Assembly (NCBI GenBank): GCA_050012715.1
Contig: JBEKGQ010000004.1
Span: 1 to 42,058 of the forward strand
Origin: Polyangiaceae bacterium
GTDB taxonomy: Bacteria > Myxococcota_A > Polyangia > Polyangiales > Polyangiaceae
Length of the DNA stretch: 42,058 nucleotides
Direction: 5' to 3'
Part shown: positions 6,884 to 16,211 of the stretch, piece by piece
Position numbering within the stretch: the stretch's first letter is position 1
Layout: the number at the start of each line of letters is the position of its first letter
The notes under the pieces: generated by a model
The model's input: the letters and a program-made list of their open reading frames with translations, nothing else
Told to the model about the DNA's origin: nothing
Databases searched by the model: none
Program-made: the position numbers and the translations under genes

Positions 6884-8257
6884 GTGGGCGCCACCCGTAC
6901 TACGCTCGGACGAATGCTGGCCGAGACGGCCGATGCCACCCGGGAGACCACCCGCGGCGAGGCGCGCCCCCGCCCGGGCGTCCTCGTCGTGTTCTCGGGT
7001 GCGTCCGCGATGTCCCTGGTGATCGCCCTCGGGGACGAGCCGCTCGTCATCGGACGCGCCGGCCAGGGGGGCACCCTGCTGCCCGACGATCGACTCTCGC
7101 GGAGCCACTGCTCGCTCCGCGCCTCGGCCGACGGGTGGACGGTGCGTGACCTCGGAAGTCGAAACGGGACGTTCGTCGACGGCGAGGAGATCCACGGCGA
7201 GGTGACCGGCCTCACGCCGCGGATCATCCGCGCCGCCGACACCATCGTCGTCCCGTACGGCGACGTCTCGGCGTTTTGCCCGACCACGACCGAGCACGGC
7301 GTCGTGGTCGGCGGGCGCATGCGCGACGCCCTCTCCGCGGTCGAGCGCGCCGCCGCAGGGAGCGAGACGCTGCTCGTCTCGGGGGAGAGCGGGACGGGCA
7401 AGGAGCTCGCGGCGCGGAGGTTTCACCAGCGCGGGCCGAACGCGAGCGGGCCCTTCGTCGCGGTCAACTGCGCGACCATCCCGCAGGGCCTCGCCGAGCG
7501 GCTGCTCTTCGGCGCGAAGAAGGGGGCCTACTCGGGCGCGACGGCGGACGTCACCGGGCACGTTCGTGCCTCCGACGGCGGAGTGCTCTTCCTCGACGAG
7601 GGCGCAGAGCTCGACCTCCAAGTCCAGGCCAAGCTCCTGCGAGTCCTCGAGACGCACGAGGTCGTGCCCCTGGGATCGACGCAGGGGACGCACGTCGCGC
7701 TGCGCATCTGCGTGGCCACCCACGTCCAGCTCCGTCGTGCCGTCTCCGAGGGACGGTTCCGGGCGGATCTCTATCACCGCATCGCGCCGCCGGAGGTGAC
7801 GCTCCCCTCCCTGCGCGACCGGCTCGACGAGATGGCCCAGCACATCGTCGCCGAGATCGTCGCGGTGGCACCCGGCCTCGCTCCGCAGGCCAAGCTCGTC
7901 GAGGCGTGCATGCTCCGGCCCTGGCCCGGGAACGTACGCGAGCTGCGGCGCCACATCCGGGATGCGGCGAGCCGCGCCATCGCGGAGCGCGCGGACCGCG
8001 TGCGCCCGGAGCACCTCTCGCCCTCGGCCGGGCAGCCGCTCGCGCCTGCCTCGTCACGTCCGCCCGCAGCGGAGACGCCGAGCCCGCGACGCTACGTACG
8101 CCACGGCGAGGAGCTGACGCGTGCGGCCATCGAGCGGGCCCTGACGGACCACGATGGCAACGTGAGCCGCGCGGCGCGGAGCCTCGGGTTGCAGAGGACG
8201 CAGCTCTATCGCGAGATCGCGCGGCACTCGCTCGATCGGCCCACCAAGCGACGCTGA
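6884..8257 (+). CDS. FHA-domain sigma-54-dependent transcriptional activator (bEBP: FHA - AAA+ - Fis-type HTH)
   Basis: FHA: LVIGRAGQGGTLLPDDRLSRSHCSL...WTVRDLGSRNGTFVDGEEI. AAA+: Walker A GESGTGKE, Walker B VLFLDEGAEL, RADLYHRI. The sigma-54 contact loop reads GAYSGA rather than GAFTGA. C-terminal HTH: GNVSRAARSLGLQRTQLYREI. GTG at 6884 is the longest start; ATG at 6914 is an alternative. Confidence 0.9.
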   Translation: MGATRTTLGRMLAETADATRETTRGEARPRPGVLVVFSGASAMSLVIALGDEPLVIGRAGQGGTLLPDDRLSRSHCSLRASADGWTVRDLGSRNGTFVDGEEIHGEVTGLTPRIIRAADTIVVPYGDVSAFCPTTTEHGVVVGGRMRDALSAVERAAAGSETLLVSGESGTGKELAARRFHQRGPNASGPFVAVNCATIPQGLAERLLFGAKKGAYSGATADVTGHVRASDGGVLFLDEGAELDLQVQAKLLRVLETHEVVPLGSTQGTHVALRICVATHVQLRRAVSEGRFRADLYHRIAPPEVTLPSLRDRLDEMAQHIVAEIVAVAPGLAPQAKLVEACMLRPWPGNVRELRRHIRDAASRAIAERADRVRPEHLSPSAGQPLAPASSRPPAAETPSPRRYVRHGEELTRAAIERALTDHDGNVSRAARSLGLQRTQLYREIARHSLDRPTKRR

Positions 8258-8274
8258 ATCGCGCTGCCACATGC

Positions 8275-8299
8275 GGTGTCACAAGTCACTTGTGACACC
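8275..8299. promoter_or_regulatory. 25-bp perfect palindrome GGTGTCACAAGT-C-ACTTGTGACACC, either a candidate activator-binding site (UAS) or the terminator hairpin of the upstream gene
   Basis: Read directly: 12-nt arms are exact reverse complements around a single central C. It starts 18 nt after the EBP stop codon and lies ~90 bp upstream of the -24/-12-like element. No U-tract follows it. Confidence 0.5.
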
Positions 8300-8374
8300 C
8301 GCCGCGCACCACTCCCGGCGCGTGCGTCCGGCCTCGTCCGCGCACTTGGGCCCGCGACGGAAAGTCGAACGCGA

Positions 8375-8390
8375 TGGCGCGCGCGGTGCA
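8375..8390 (+). promoter_or_regulatory. Candidate sigma-54 (-24/-12) promoter TGGCGC-GCGCG-GTGCA
   Basis: Matches the TGGCAC-N5-TTGCA consensus with correct GG/GC spacing and two mismatches. It has the same orientation as the small secreted-protein gene and lies ~93 nt upstream of it, immediately downstream of a sigma-54 activator gene. A GC-rich background makes chance matches plausible. Confidence 0.4.
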
Positions 8391-8482
8391 GTTGGGTCCG
8401 GCGTCAGGTCGCCGCGCGCAGAAGCCCTGCGCCGGGGCGGGACACCCACCAACAATCCACCACCACTCGGAGAGAGAAGAAC

Positions 8483-8764
8483 ATGAATCCCTGGAAGCCC
8501 CTCGCACTGTGCCTCGCCGCTGGACTCGTCGCTTCGATCGGCATCCAGACCGCGTCCGCCAACAAGAATCCCGATCCGCCGCCGAGCCTCACGGGCCCGT
8601 GCCACGACCAACCGCACATGGCCAGCGCGCTGAGCCAGCTGGAGGGCGCCAAGAGCGCGCTCGGCAACGCGGAGCAAAACAAGGGCGGCTGGCGCGACGC
8701 GGCCCTCCAGGCCGTCGGCACCGCGATCAGCCAGACCCAGACCGGCTGCAACTACGCCAAGTGA
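8483..8764 (+). CDS. Small secreted protein (93 aa), predicted helical, two Cys; unknown function
   Basis: SD GGAGAG ~8 nt upstream of the ATG. Signal peptide MNPWKPLALCLAAGLVASIGIQTASA. The mature part has Cys near each end (GPCHDQ... and ...TGCNYAK). High GC3. The track ORF from 8276 is an upstream extension across the palindrome. Confidence 0.7.
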   Translation: MNPWKPLALCLAAGLVASIGIQTASANKNPDPPPSLTGPCHDQPHMASALSQLEGAKSALGNAEQNKGGWRDAALQAVGTAISQTQTGCNYAK

Positions 8765-8807
8765 CGGCGCGTACGACCACCGACTCGCACGAGGGAGGAA
8801 CCTGACG

Positions 8808-10127
8808 ATGATCTCGACGAAGCAGATGTGGGCGCTCACGGGAACGGCGACGCTGCTGGCCCTCGCCGCCGGCGCCGCCAACACGATCGGTTGCACGGTC
8901 AACACGACGAGCCCGGCGGATGGAGGCAGTGGGTCTTCGTCGGGATCATCGACCTCCTCGTCCGGCTCGACCTCCTCGTCCGGCTCGACCTCGTCGTCCG
9001 GGTCGTCTTCGGGCTCGGGGTCGGGGTCCGGGTCGGACGCCGGATCGGGATCGGGGTCGGACTCGGGGTCGGGCTCCGGGTCCGAGTCGGGGGCGGGGTC
9101 GGGCGGCGAGGCGGGTCCGCCGACGGACGCCGGTGGCGACGCCGGCTTCTGCTTCAGCGGCGCGAGCCCCGTCGCTGGCGAGACCCTGGTCGCGCTCGCG
9201 TGCGGACAGACCTCCCCGTCGGGCATCGCGGTGCACGACGGCGTCGTCTACTGGACCGACTACGCCGCCGCGGGCACCGTGATGAGCGAGCCGGAGACGG
9301 GCGGCCCGATCACCACGCTGGCCATCAACCAGGACTGGCCGTACGCCATCGCGGTGGACGACAACAACGTCTACTGGACCAACTACGACAGCCAGTCCGC
9401 GCCCGGAGGGGGGTCCGGAACGTCGGGCACCGTCCAGAAGCTCGCTCTCGGCGGCGGCAGTACCCCGATCACGATCGCCAGCGGACTCCAGGGGCCCGCC
9501 TCGATCGCCATCGACGCCACGAACGTCTACTTCGGGCAGACGGTCGGAGGCACGGTCAAGATGGTGCCCATCGCCAGCACGGGCAGCACCACGCCGACCG
9601 TGCTCGCCTCGGGAGGACAGTCGCCCTACGGCATGGCGGCGCAGAACGGGATCCTCTACTGGACGAACTACACGGGGACGACCGCGAACGGATCCGCCTC
9701 CGTGATGAGCGTGTCGGTGTCGGGCGATGGCGGGGCGCCCAAGATCCTCACCCAGGCGTCCAACGCGACCGGCGCCTACGGCATCGCGGTCAACACGACC
9801 GCGATCTTCTTCACCGCGCAGAACAACACGGGGACCGCCACCGAGGTGGAGACCATGCCGCTCGCCGGTGGAAACCCGCTGGTGCTCGCCCCGGGTCAAC
9901 TCCAGGCCACGGGCATCGCCATCGACGGCACGAGCGTCTACTGGACCGACTGGGACCCCAACAACGGCACCGTCTCGAGTCAACCCTTCCCCACCGGCAG
10001 CACTCCCGGCGCCATCACCGTGCTCGCCAAGAGCTCGGACGAGCCGCTCGCCATCGCGGTGGATTCGACCGGCATCTACTACACCGCCTCGGGCGGCGGC
10101 CGCGTGTGGAGGCTGACCCCGCCATAG
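8808..10127 (+). CDS. Lipoprotein with Ser/Gly-rich linker and YWTD-type (LDL-receptor class B-like) beta-propeller
   Basis: SD GGGAGGA upstream. Lipobox AANTIG-C. A ~60-aa S/G/D/T linker. Seven spaced blade signatures: VYWTD, VYWTN, VYFGQ, LYWTN, IFFTA, VYWTD, IYYTA. Confidence 0.85.
   Translation: MISTKQMWALTGTATLLALAAGAANTIGCTVNTTSPADGGSGSSSGSSTSSSGSTSSSGSTSSSGSSSGSGSGSGSDAGSGSGSDSGSGSGSESGAGSGGEAGPPTDAGGDAGFCFSGASPVAGETLVALACGQTSPSGIAVHDGVVYWTDYAAAGTVMSEPETGGPITTLAINQDWPYAIAVDDNNVYWTNYDSQSAPGGGSGTSGTVQKLALGGGSTPITIASGLQGPASIAIDATNVYFGQTVGGTVKMVPIASTGSTTPTVLASGGQSPYGMAAQNGILYWTNYTGTTANGSASVMSVSVSGDGGAPKILTQASNATGAYGIAVNTTAIFFTAQNNTGTATEVETMPLAGGNPLVLAPGQLQATGIAIDGTSVYWTDWDPNNGTVSSQPFPTGSTPGAITVLAKSSDEPLAIAVDSTGIYYTASGGGRVWRLTPP
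8922..9107 (+). repeat. Coding low-complexity region (Ser/Gly/Thr/Asp linker) built from short imperfect tandem DNA repeats
   Basis: ggctcgacctcctcgtcc is repeated, followed by runs of (tcg/ggg/tcc/ggc) codons; the translation is [55 protein letters not shown]. Confidence 0.8.
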
Positions 10128-10156
10128 CCCGGCGTCGTCACCCCGCTGCACATCGC

Positions 10157-10195
10157 AAGGGCGGCCCACGACACGTGTGGCCGCCCTTCTTCTAT
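10157..10195 (+). terminator. Likely intrinsic terminator after the propeller gene
   Basis: Stem AAGGGCGGCC (10157-10166) pairs with GGCCGCCCTT (10179-10188) around a 12-nt loop, followed by the T-rich CTTCTTCTAT. It begins 30 nt after the stop codon at 10127. Confidence 0.6.
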
Positions 10196-10233
10196 GGCGC
10201 GCCCTCGCATACTCTGCCGGGAGCCTGCCTCCC

Positions 10234-12246
10234 ATGCCTGTCTTCCGCCGCCTGCCTGCGACGCTCCTCCCGGCGCTCCTCGCTCTCTTCCCTTCCCTCG
10301 CAGCAGCGCAGACCGAGCCTTCCATCGACGCGCGTACGTGGAGACCGTCGATGGCGCCCGAGGCGGGCCTCGTCCTCGAGCCCACGCAGGCGCCGGGAGC
10401 CTGGCAGTGGAACACCGCCGCCTGGTTCAGCTACTCGCAGAAGCCCGTCGTGCTGCGCGACGCGTCGACGAGCGCGGTCGCCTCGACTCCGCTGGCCCAC
10501 CTGCTCGGGGCCGACCTCGTCGCCGGCCTGGGCCTCGGCGACCGCGCGGCGATCGGCGTGGACGTACCGGTCTACCTCTTCCAGGACGGGACCTCCGGGT
10601 TGCCCGCGACCATCGTGAGCGGCGGCAAGGTGCCGACGAGCGGCATCGGCGACGTGAGCGTCCTCGGCAAGGGGACCATCCTCCGCAACGATCCCCACGG
10701 CGTACCGCTCGGGTTCGGCCTGGCGGCGCTCGGGGCGCTTTCGGTCCCGACCGGAGACCGGGCGAGCTTCGCGAGCGACGGGTCGGTCACCGTCTCGCTG
10801 CGCCTGATGGGAGAGTACGCGCTCGGGGTCGGCGCCCTGCGGGCATCGGTCGGCTACACGCTGCGGACGGCGCAGCAGACGTGGCCCGACGTCTCGCTCG
10901 GGGGGGTGACCTTCGGTGACGAGCTTCCCTGGTCCATCGGCGCGACGCTGCGCCCCAAGGGCGTCTTCCCGTCGCTCGACTCCGACGATCGGCAGTCCTG
11001 GGAGGTGGCCTTCCACGGCACACTCCCGGTGACGCCGGTCGCGCCTTTCCAGGCCGGGGCGTCCAGCCTGTCCCCGGTGCTCTTCGCGCTCGACGACCGC
11101 ATCGGGCTCGGTCACTACCGGGACGCGTTCGTCCTGGCGGGCGCCGACCTCGGGCTGGACCAGTCGGTGGGCGTGCCGGCATTCCGCGTGATCGTCGCCG
11201 TGGGTTGGGCTCCCCGCGCTCACGATCGCGACGGCGACGGCATCCCCGACGACGTGGACGAGTGCCCCGATCTCGCCGAGGACTTCGACGGCATCCAGGA
11301 CGAGGACGGCTGTCCCGAAGACGACGCGGACGGCGACGGCATCCTCGACACCCAGGACGCCTGCCCGCTCGTCCCGGGGGTCTGGTGGAACGACCCACGA
11401 AAGAACGGCTGCCCGGCCCCCGACACCGACGGCGACGGCGTCCCCGACCCGGTCGACGCGTGCCCCGCGGTCAAGGGCGTGCACAGCGACGATCCGCGGA
11501 AGAACGGCTGCCCGCCCGCGGCGCAGGATCGCGACCGGGACGGCATCCCCGACGACGCCGACAAGTGCCCCGATCAGCCCGAGGACATGGACGGCTTCGA
11601 GGACTTCGACGGCTGCCCCGATCCGGACGACGACGGCGACGGGATCCCCGACAAGGAGGACGCGTGTCCGCGCGTGAAGGGTGAGCCTTCGACGGACCCG
11701 ACGCGCAACGGCTGCCCCAACCCCGACCGCGACGGCGACACCTACGACAACGACGTGGACCAGTGCCCGGACCAGGCCGAGGTCTTCAACGGTGTGAAGG
11801 ACGAGGACGGGTGTCCCGACGAGGGCGGACGGCCGCTGGCCGTGGTCGAGGTCGTCAAAGGCCAAGTCCAGCTGCACGTCGCGCAGCCGATCGTCTTCAC
11901 GGGAACGAGCGACACGCTCGCGATCGACCCCAAGAGCGCGACGACGCTGCGCGCGATCGCGCTCGAGATGAACCGCCGTCCGGACTGGACGCTCGCGGTG
12001 GGCGCGCGTCCGGGCCCCGGCAAGCCCGAAGAGGCGCAGAGAGGCTCGCTCCAGCGGGCGATGCTCGTGGCGAACCGCCTCGCGACCTACACCCACCGGC
12101 CAGGGGCCGCCGAGGCCGTAGGCTGGGACGCGGTGAAGCAGCAGCCCGGAGCCGCGAGCGGCGTCGGCTTCCTCGTGCTCCTCAGCACGCGCGAGAAGCC
12201 CGCGATCCCGCTGCCGGACAAGAAGGACCCGAAGGAGACGAAGTGA
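10234..12246 (+). CDS. Outer-membrane OmpA-family-like protein with thrombospondin type-3 (TSP3) Ca-binding repeats
   Basis: Signal peptide [27 protein letters not shown]-terminal beta-rich region. About 8 DxDxDGxxDxxDxCP repeats ([90 protein letters not shown]). Divergent OmpA-like C-terminal domain ([12 protein letters not shown]). The track ORF starts earlier, at 10177. Confidence 0.85.
   Translation: MPVFRRLPATLLPALLALFPSLAAAQTEPSIDARTWRPSMAPEAGLVLEPTQAPGAWQWNTAAWFSYSQKPVVLRDASTSAVASTPLAHLLGADLVAGLGLGDRAAIGVDVPVYLFQDGTSGLPATIVSGGKVPTSGIGDVSVLGKGTILRNDPHGVPLGFGLAALGALSVPTGDRASFASDGSVTVSLRLMGEYALGVGALRASVGYTLRTAQQTWPDVSLGGVTFGDELPWSIGATLRPKGVFPSLDSDDRQSWEVAFHGTLPVTPVAPFQAGASSLSPVLFALDDRIGLGHYRDAFVLAGADLGLDQSVGVPAFRVIVAVGWAPRAHDRDGDGIPDDVDECPDLAEDFDGIQDEDGCPEDDADGDGILDTQDACPLVPGVWWNDPRKNGCPAPDTDGDGVPDPVDACPAVKGVHSDDPRKNGCPPAAQDRDRDGIPDDADKCPDQPEDMDGFEDFDGCPDPDDDGDGIPDKEDACPRVKGEPSTDPTRNGCPNPDRDGDTYDNDVDQCPDQAEVFNGVKDEDGCPDEGGRPLAVVEVVKGQVQLHVAQPIVFTGTSDTLAIDPKSATTLRAIALEMNRRPDWTLAVGARPGPGKPEEAQRGSLQRAMLVANRLATYTHRPGAAEAVGWDAVKQQPGAASGVGFLVLLSTREKPAIPLPDKKDPKETK
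11221..11826 (+). repeat. Coding TSP3 repeat block (intragenic DNA repeats)
   Basis: Reiterated gacggcgacggcatccccgac-type segments encode the Asp-rich calcium-binding loops. Confidence 0.8.
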
Positions 12247-14414
12247 GGCGCACGTGGGCGTCCCTGGCCGCGGCGGCGGCGCTCGCGACGACCGTCGGAA
12301 CGGTGGCCCGGGCGCAACCGATGCCCATGCGGCCATTGTCCGGCGGGTCGCGCGGGCGACCACCGCCGGCGGCGCCGGCGGCGCCGGGCGCCGCGAACGG
12401 CGTCGAGGGGCCGGCCACGGATCTCCGGGGTCGCTTCGGCGTCGACGTCGCGCTGCGCCTCCTGCGCTCGACGGACCCCGACGACCGCCTGCGCGGCCTG
12501 GAGCGCGCCGCGGCGACGCGGACGCCGGAGGGCCTCGCCCTGCTGCAGCGCGCCGCCGGCGCCGGGCTCCCGGGCGGCTTCGATCCGAGGGCTCCGATCG
12601 ACGGCGTGGCGAGGCAGGATCCGCGGGCGCTGCTGGTGGTCGTCCGGGGCCTCGCTTCGTGGATCGATCGGGAGCCCGCGCGGGCGGCGCTGGAATCCGT
12701 TCTCAACGAGTCGTCGCAGGCGTTCAACGTGCACGCGGTCGGAGGGGGACGCGATCCGGCGGCCGAAGAGACGGACAACGTCGCGCGGGTCCTCCTCGCG
12801 CGGCAGGAGGCCGCGATGGCCCTGGCCCAGTCGGGGACCAACGCGGCGGTCGAGGCCCTCCTCACCGCGGCACGCTCGGGGCGCCCCGGACAGACCGCCG
12901 CGCTCGACGCGCTCGCGGTGCATCCGCCCGCCGCCCCGCTCCTCGGCGGAGTCACGCTCACCCGCTCGCTCGGAGCGGTGCTGGGGGCCGTGCACACGAG
13001 CGACCCGGCGCTGCGCGCCGCCGCGGTGGCCGCGCTCGGGCTCTCCGGGGATGCGCGCGCCATCGACGTGGCGCATGAGGCCTCGAAGGACAAGGACGCT
13101 CGGGTCCGCGTCGCCGGCGCGGAGGCGCTGGTTCACCTGGGCGCTACCGACGGCGGGCCGGCGGTCGAGGCCCTGGTGGCCGACGACGTCACGGTGCGCG
13201 AGGGCCTCCGCATCGCCCAGGACGTCCGGTCCGAGGGCGTGACGAAGGCGGCCGCGGCCCGTGCGGCGGCTTCGGCGGACGCGGAGCTTCGCTCGCTCGC
13301 GGTGGCGGCCCTCGGACGCCAGGTGAGCCCCGCCGCGGTGACCGCGCTCCTCACCCTGGCGGCCGATCCTCGCCTTGGAGGCGACGCCGCCGAAGCGCTG
13401 GCGCGATCGCCGTGTCCGGTCGCGATGGCGGCGATCGAGACCTTGGGGGCGGCGCCGTCGACGCGACGGCTCGCGGCGCGCGCGTACTTCGTCCGGCGGG
13501 CGGTGCGCGGGGAGCGGAGCGCGCGTGGCGACGCGCTGTTCGCCGCGCTGGCGGCGTCGGGGGACGGAGCGGACCGCGCGCTGGGGGTGGAGGCGCTCGT
13601 GGCGCTGGGGGAGCGGCCACTCGGCGACGCCCTCGGAGATCGGGACCCGCGGGTACGGCGTGCCGCCGCGATGGCATCGTTCGCGCGCGGCGGAGGACGC
13701 GGGACGGGCGCCGAAGCGCTGACGGCGCGGCTGGCGGTCGAGCCCGACGAGACGACGCGGCAGGTGCTCGCGGCGGGCCTCGCGGAGGGGGATCCCGCTG
13801 GCGTCGTTCCCACGACGACGCTGGTCGATCGTGCCGAAGCGGGCGGGCCGGAGGCGGCCCTCGCGGCGCTCGCCCTCGCGCGTCGCGCGGACGAGGAGCT
13901 CACGCCCAAGGTCGATGCGCTGATGGCCTCCCGGGACCCGCTGATGCGGGCGCACGTCGCGCGGGGACTCGCCGGGAGCAGGGCTCCGGACGCCGTCGGG
14001 CGGCTGGCGCGCGCGTACACCTGGGAGCCCTTCGCCGAGGTGCGGCGCGCGCTCGTCGAGGCCCTCGCCGCGCGGCCCGAGGCGGAGCGGGCCGCACCCT
14101 CTTGGCGGGAGGCGATGGAGCTCGCCGCACGCCTCGATCCCGATCGGGTGACGCGCGCCCGGGCGCAGCGAGCGCTCGCCGGGAGGGCCCTTCCGAGCGA
14201 GCGGGCGCGAGGACCCGAGGTCGCCTGGCTGAGGGTGCTGCCCGCGGAGGGAGCCGCGCTTCCGCGCGAGCTCACCGCGACACTCGTCGACGCGAGCGGC
14301 GAGGCGCGGCCGATCGTCTTCGACGAGGAAGGCTTTGCGCTCGTTCCCGGCTTGCCGCCCGGAGACGCACGGGTCCGGCTTGCGCCCCGCCTGCCCGCGT
14401 ACGAATCTCGCTGA
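12243..14414 (+). CDS. Secreted HEAT-repeat (PBS-lyase HEAT-like) protein
   Basis: GTG start overlaps the upstream stop (GTGA at 12243-12246). Signal-like sequence [25 protein letters not shown]. Repeated D/P-x-x-R-x-A-A-x-x-AL-G units ([58 protein letters not shown]). The track ORF from 11763 is an upstream extension inside the previous gene. Confidence 0.75.
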   Translation: MRRTWASLAAAAALATTVGTVARAQPMPMRPLSGGSRGRPPPAAPAAPGAANGVEGPATDLRGRFGVDVALRLLRSTDPDDRLRGLERAAATRTPEGLALLQRAAGAGLPGGFDPRAPIDGVARQDPRALLVVVRGLASWIDREPARAALESVLNESSQAFNVHAVGGGRDPAAEETDNVARVLLARQEAAMALAQSGTNAAVEALLTAARSGRPGQTAALDALAVHPPAAPLLGGVTLTRSLGAVLGAVHTSDPALRAAAVAALGLSGDARAIDVAHEASKDKDARVRVAGAEALVHLGATDGGPAVEALVADDVTVREGLRIAQDVRSEGVTKAAAARAAASADAELRSLAVAALGRQVSPAAVTALLTLAADPRLGGDAAEALARSPCPVAMAAIETLGAAPSTRRLAARAYFVRRAVRGERSARGDALFAALAASGDGADRALGVEALVALGERPLGDALGDRDPRVRRAAAMASFARGGGRGTGAEALTARLAVEPDETTRQVLAAGLAEGDPAGVVPTTTLVDRAEAGGPEAALAALALARRADEELTPKVDALMASRDPLMRAHVARGLAGSRAPDAVGRLARAYTWEPFAEVRRALVEALAARPEAERAAPSWREAMELAARLDPDRVTRARAQRALAGRALPSERARGPEVAWLRVLPAEGAALPRELTATLVDASGEARPIVFDEEGFALVPGLPPGDARVRLAPRLPAYESR

Positions 14415-14417
14415 CCC

Positions 14418-14717
14418 ATGAGCCCGAAAGCGACCCCCGCGCCGCCGGCCCCCGAGGGCGTCTCGTTCGAGGCGGCCATCAAGCGGCTGACCGAGATCGT
14501 GCAGACGCTCGAGCGCGGTGAGCTGCCCCTCGAGGAGTCGCTGCGTCTCTTCGAGGAGGGGGTCAAGCTGTCGCGAGTCTCCCAACAGCGGCTGGACGCA
14601 GCCGAGAAGCGCGTCGAGCAGCTCCTGGCGGTCGACGAGCAAGGCCGCGCCCGCACGACGCCCTTCGCCACCGACGCGGCCGAAAGCGATCCGGACGACG
14701 ACGGCCCGCCCTTCTAG
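14418..14717 (+). CDS. xseB: Exodeoxyribonuclease VII small subunit
   Basis: FEAAIKRLTEIVQTLERGELPLEESLRLFEEGVKLSRVSQQRLDAAEKRVEQLL matches the XseB family pattern. The size (99 aa) is typical, apart from an acidic tail. Confidence 0.85.
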   Translation: MSPKATPAPPAPEGVSFEAAIKRLTEIVQTLERGELPLEESLRLFEEGVKLSRVSQQRLDAAEKRVEQLLAVDEQGRARTTPFATDAAESDPDDDGPPF

Positions 14718-15640
14718 CGACCGATGGCTCCGCGGTAGACCCAGCCGTCGTTCGTGAAGCCGTCGCCGAACTTCACCGGGTACCAACCGTCCTTTACCGG
14801 GCCGAGGTGGAGCTCCGCACCGTGCTGGAGGCGCGCCACGACCTTCCCGGTCTTCGGAGCGTCGCGAACGATGGCGACCTCCCAGACCACCTGCGCCGTT
14901 CCCTCCGCGGCGTCACCACCCGCGGCGGGGCGCGAGGACGCGGACGCGCTGGCCGGCGCGGCGGCCGATCCTTCGCTCGCGAACGTGATCGTGTACGAGA
15001 CGCTGTACCTCGGGTTGTCGTGGGGTACGCCTCCCAGGCCAGCGCCGCTCATCGCCGTCTTGGCGCAGGCGAGGAGCGCGTCCGGCGAGGGGACGCCGTG
15101 CCCGCGACCGAGGTCGACGCCGAGGCCGCCGCGCGGGAAGTCGACGTGAACGACGAGGTGCAGCTTACCCGTCTCGCCCGCCGCCTCGGGGCACTCCGCG
15201 AGCTTGTGCAGGCGAGGCATGATGATGCCGTCGAGGCCGGGGAGCGTGCCGCAGTCGCCGCCCTTGAGCGAGTCGCCGTCGGACGACTTGCACGCGAAGA
15301 CGACCCCGTGGCCGACGTTGACGGTCACCGCCGCCGGCGTCGAAGCCGTCGGCGCAGGTGCCACCACGGCGGCCGATACGCCGGCCGACGGGGGTGCCGG
15401 AGGAGCGGTCACCGGCGGGGCCGCGACGGGCTCGGGCGAAGCGGCGGCGCTCGCCGCGACCGATGCGGTGGCGCTCTCCGGAACGCTCGGGCCCAGCCGC
15501 ACGCCGGCGAGCCGCGGCCAGGCGACCCCGACGATGAAGCCGATGGCCGCGATGACGCCCACCCGGGTCCACGAGGGCCGGTCCTCCGCAGGACCGGGGA
15601 TCTGCACCGTCAGCGGTCCGTCCGCCTTGCGGGAGAGCAT
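14714..15640 (-). CDS. Single-pass membrane protein with C-terminal SH3b-like domain
   Basis: SD GAGGAAG upstream of the ATG. TM segment VGVIAAIGFIVGVAW. Ala/Pro-rich linker. C-terminal VVWEVAIVRDAPKTGKVVARLQHGAELHLGPVKDGWYPVKFGDGFTNDGWVYRGAI is typical of bacterial SH3. Confidence 0.7.
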   Translation of the reverse strand: MLSRKADGPLTVQIPGPAEDRPSWTRVGVIAAIGFIVGVAWPRLAGVRLGPSVPESATASVAASAAASPEPVAAPPVTAPPAPPSAGVSAAVVAPAPTASTPAAVTVNVGHGVVFACKSSDGDSLKGGDCGTLPGLDGIIMPRLHKLAECPEAAGETGKLHLVVHVDFPRGGLGVDLGRGHGVPSPDALLACAKTAMSGAGLGGVPHDNPRYSVSYTITFASEGSAAAPASASASSRPAAGGDAAEGTAQVVWEVAIVRDAPKTGKVVARLQHGAELHLGPVKDGWYPVKFGDGFTNDGWVYRGAIGR

Positions 15641-15722
15641 CTCAGCTTCCTCGTTACCACAGGCCTTCCGGCGGGGCGAAAACCCGGCAAGTCACCGGTT
15701 CTCCGCCACGCGCGGGGCCTCC

Positions 15723-16211
15723 TCAGGGCAGAACGACCAGCTCCAGAAAGAGCGTCCCGCCCTGGTAGCTTTGGCCGCCGACGTAGAACGGCTGGTTCTC
15801 TCCCAGCGTGACCTGGAGCCCCTTCAGGTACGCCGCCTTGCCTGGCTCGCCGATGTGGGCCTCGAGCTGGTAGCGCTTGCCGCCGGCGTCTCCCTGGGAC
15901 ACGCCGCCGAGCGTCACCGCGACGTTGCGCCCGTTGACGAGCGCGTACGCGACGGGCTTGCCCGTTTCGAGGGGGAGCTGCTTGCGATCGAGCAACGTGA
16001 AGACGTTGTAGTGCGTGAAGGGCTCGGACTTCGTCAGCGTGGGCAGGCGCGGCAGGCGCGCGTCGATGGACGCTCCACCATCGACGAACGTGGCGTGGAT
16101 GATCGTCAGCTCGATGTTCGGCCCCTTCGGGGGCGTGGCCCAGGCCACGCTCGTCCCGCCCACCAGCACGATGGCGGCGCCGGCCGCGAGCAGCGTCCTC
16201 CGACGGATCAT
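15723..16211 (-). CDS. Secreted protein of unknown function (162 aa)
   Basis: The ATG overlaps the anti-sigma stop (ATGA). Signal peptide MIRRRTLLAAGAAIVLVGGTSVAWA. High GC3. The track ORF to 16718 is an extension overlapping the anti-sigma gene. Confidence 0.7.
   Translation of the reverse strand: MIRRRTLLAAGAAIVLVGGTSVAWATPPKGPNIELTIIHATFVDGGASIDARLPRLPTLTKSEPFTHYNVFTLLDRKQLPLETGKPVAYALVNGRNVAVTLGGVSQGDAGGKRYQLEAHIGEPGKAAYLKGLQVTLGENQPFYVGGQSYQGGTLFLELVVLP

Noticed and set aside
8279-9226. 315-aa minus-strand ORF with a striking [20 protein letters not shown] acidic repeat
   Set aside because: It is the antisense reading of the Ser/Gly linker of the propeller lipoprotein and also overlaps the small secreted-protein gene. 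It has no start context or domain.
10194-10209. TGGCGC-N-CGCAT sigma-54-like element upstream of the OmpA/TSP3 gene
   Set aside because: The GG-to-GC spacing is one nucleotide short of the -24/-12 consensus, and it lies only ~25 nt from the ATG. I treat it as a chance match in GC-rich DNA.
14714-14717. xseB and the SH3b gene share a palindromic CTAG as convergent overlapping stop codons
   Set aside because: It is real but trivial: a 4-nt convergent overlap has no obvious functional implication beyond tight packing.
12087-14786. 899-aa minus-strand ORF (and 13133..14671) antisense to the HEAT-repeat gene and xseB
   Set aside because: The sequence is Arg-rich junk sharing the wobble phase of the real + strand genes, and it has no motifs.
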